A stretch of 40,961 nt of DNA, from the NCBI GenBank assembly GCA_021432655.1, contig MU271213.1:62001-102961 (forward strand), read 5' to 3'. The stretch comes from Atractiella rhizophila (Eukaryota). Every line of letters starts with the position of its first letter. Position 1 is the first letter of the stretch. The notes under the pieces are model-generated. The model saw only the letters and a program-made list of their open reading frames with translations. It had not been told where the DNA came from and ran no database searches. The position numbers and the translations under genes were made by a program. Positions 39,423 to 40,961 of the stretch are shown piece by piece.

Positions 39423-40264
39423 TGATGGCAAAGATTGACCAGATATTGACGATAGAGCCGGCGTAAAAGGACTAGATCTACTAGTCCTGAAATGCTGTTC
39501 TTGACCCCAGCAAGCGAAAGAAATTAAAACACTTGTGCCACAGGCACGCGCAGCGTTTGTCTGCAAAGAAGCAGGAGGTAAGCCAGATAACAGGAAATGG
39601 ATTGGAGAACGTAGGACTAGCCAGAGATATATAACTAGTACCGTCGTCCAGGCACAGGAGGCCAAAAATGCCCTTGGTAAGCGAACGGCGGCCGTTAGTG
39701 CATGCAACGCTGAAAACAGCGCCTTGCAATTTGTGAAGAAGTGAAAAAAACTCACAATTCCAGGTACTATTCCTCTATCTCACAGTCCGCCCACTTTCAA
39801 GCTTATCCTCCACAGGATCTTGGTACTTGGGATGCCCCCTTCGAGGTAGTCGATGGTCGACTTTTCTGCGGTGTTGTCAAGGCGTCACTATGCTTCTGCC
39901 ACGGAAACTTCCACGTAGTAGCAGACTATGGACTTTGACAGGTCAATGCCTTGACTCCATGTCAAATGTCATGCAAGGGTTGGAAATCCAATGAAAGGGC
40001 AAGAGCGGGCGAGAGGTGTTATCCGAGTAATCAAAGTAAATATGAATGAATATGGAGGCGTCGCGACGTGCCAAATTGTTTGTACTCCGCTCCTGTTCCC
40101 GCCTTCCCGCTTCCCGTTTCTCACATCTCACCAGAGACAGACCCCTTTTTATTCACTTTCTTCGACCATTTCTTTCTTCATTCTTTCAAGAGTATCCCAC
40201 CATTCATCCATTTGCTAGTTACTTCTTCTTCAGCTCTGCGCCGCGACAAACATAGTGATCCAAC

Positions 40265-40961
40265 ATGAGCCCCAAACACCCCCCTTATATGATGCAAACA
40301 CCGATGATGATACCCCTTCAATCGACCGGCCAGTCAGCTGCTTACCATTACGACGGAAGGGGATATTGGTATCGAAGCTTGTGCACTTGCAGCTGCAAAT
40401 GTTGTATTGGCTTCTTCTTTCCATGTTGCATCTATGTACGTATATTCTTCAAATTCTCTTCCACTTAACTATAAGGTGGATACTAACCATTTATGTTTAA
40501 TGGTAGGGAGAAAATGTCAGCCGTCTCAATCACATGGACGCGACGAGGAGGCCTCACCCTGATGGTGGGAGGATGTGTGGAGAAGGCTGTTGTCGCTTCT
40601 TCTGCCTGTCCCTAATCTGCATGAGCTGGAGCCTTCAGGTTCGTTTATCCCACCGCTTACCATTTCCAACGTTTCTCGTCCAGTCACGGTGCTGAGTGGA
40701 GTGGGAACAGTATAGTCAGAGAAGGTACCTTCGTTCAAGATATGGCATTAGCGGCAACTGCTGCACGGATTGTTGTGCCGTTTGCTGTTGTGGCGCCTGC
40801 TCGTTGGCTCAAGAGTCGGCACAGATTGGGCTTGAGGAAGGAGAGATCAGGAGGGTTACCAGATCAATCAGGTCTGTCTTGGTACCTGTAAAGGTCAGCA
40901 CACTGATCCTGTCGAGGGCAGCAACCCATGGCGAGAAGACCAATGATGTACTGACATTCAG
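40265..40961 (+). CDS. PLAC8 (DUF614) family cysteine-rich protein; continues beyond the window
   Basis: CCIGFFFPCCIY-GENVSRL and RYLRSRYGISGNCCTDCCAVCCCGACSLAQE match the PLAC8 pattern. An intron (gtcagc...ctgacattcag) ends at the last base of the window. Confidence 0.85.

Overview
Gene-dense, intron-rich fungal genomic DNA with short (~45-60 nt) GT-AG introns and CTRAC-type branch points. It looks like a basidiomycete; that lineage call is an inference. In order, the window contains: a Zn2Cys6 transcription factor (-); an uncharacterised repeat-domain, Q-rich protein ending in a CaaX box (+); a head-to-head pair of divergent succinyl-CoA-ligase-like alpha (-) and beta (+) genes, where the beta gene carries a ~1.18 kb tandem duplication of everything downstream of exon 1; a Cps1-like M20 carboxypeptidase (+); SEC23 (-); a CE8 pectin methylesterase (-); VPS9 (+); a HEATR6/DUF4042-like protein (-); neutral trehalase NTH1 (+); an SLC25-family carrier with an unusual N-terminal extension (-); a BAH-PHD chromatin reader (+); a citrate-synthase-family gene with 2-methylcitrate-synthase-like residues (+); a multi-pass membrane protein (-); and a PLAC8-family gene running off the right edge (+). 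A ~200 bp dispersed repeat occurs twice in inverted orientation. The most notable items are the atypical SCS-like alpha/beta pair with an eroded ATP-grasp domain and duplicated alternative 3' exon cassettes, histone-H3-like ARKS motifs in the BAH-PHD protein, and endosomal/vacuolar sorting signals on a mitochondrial-carrier-family protein. Exon boundaries were read by eye and are approximate where stated.
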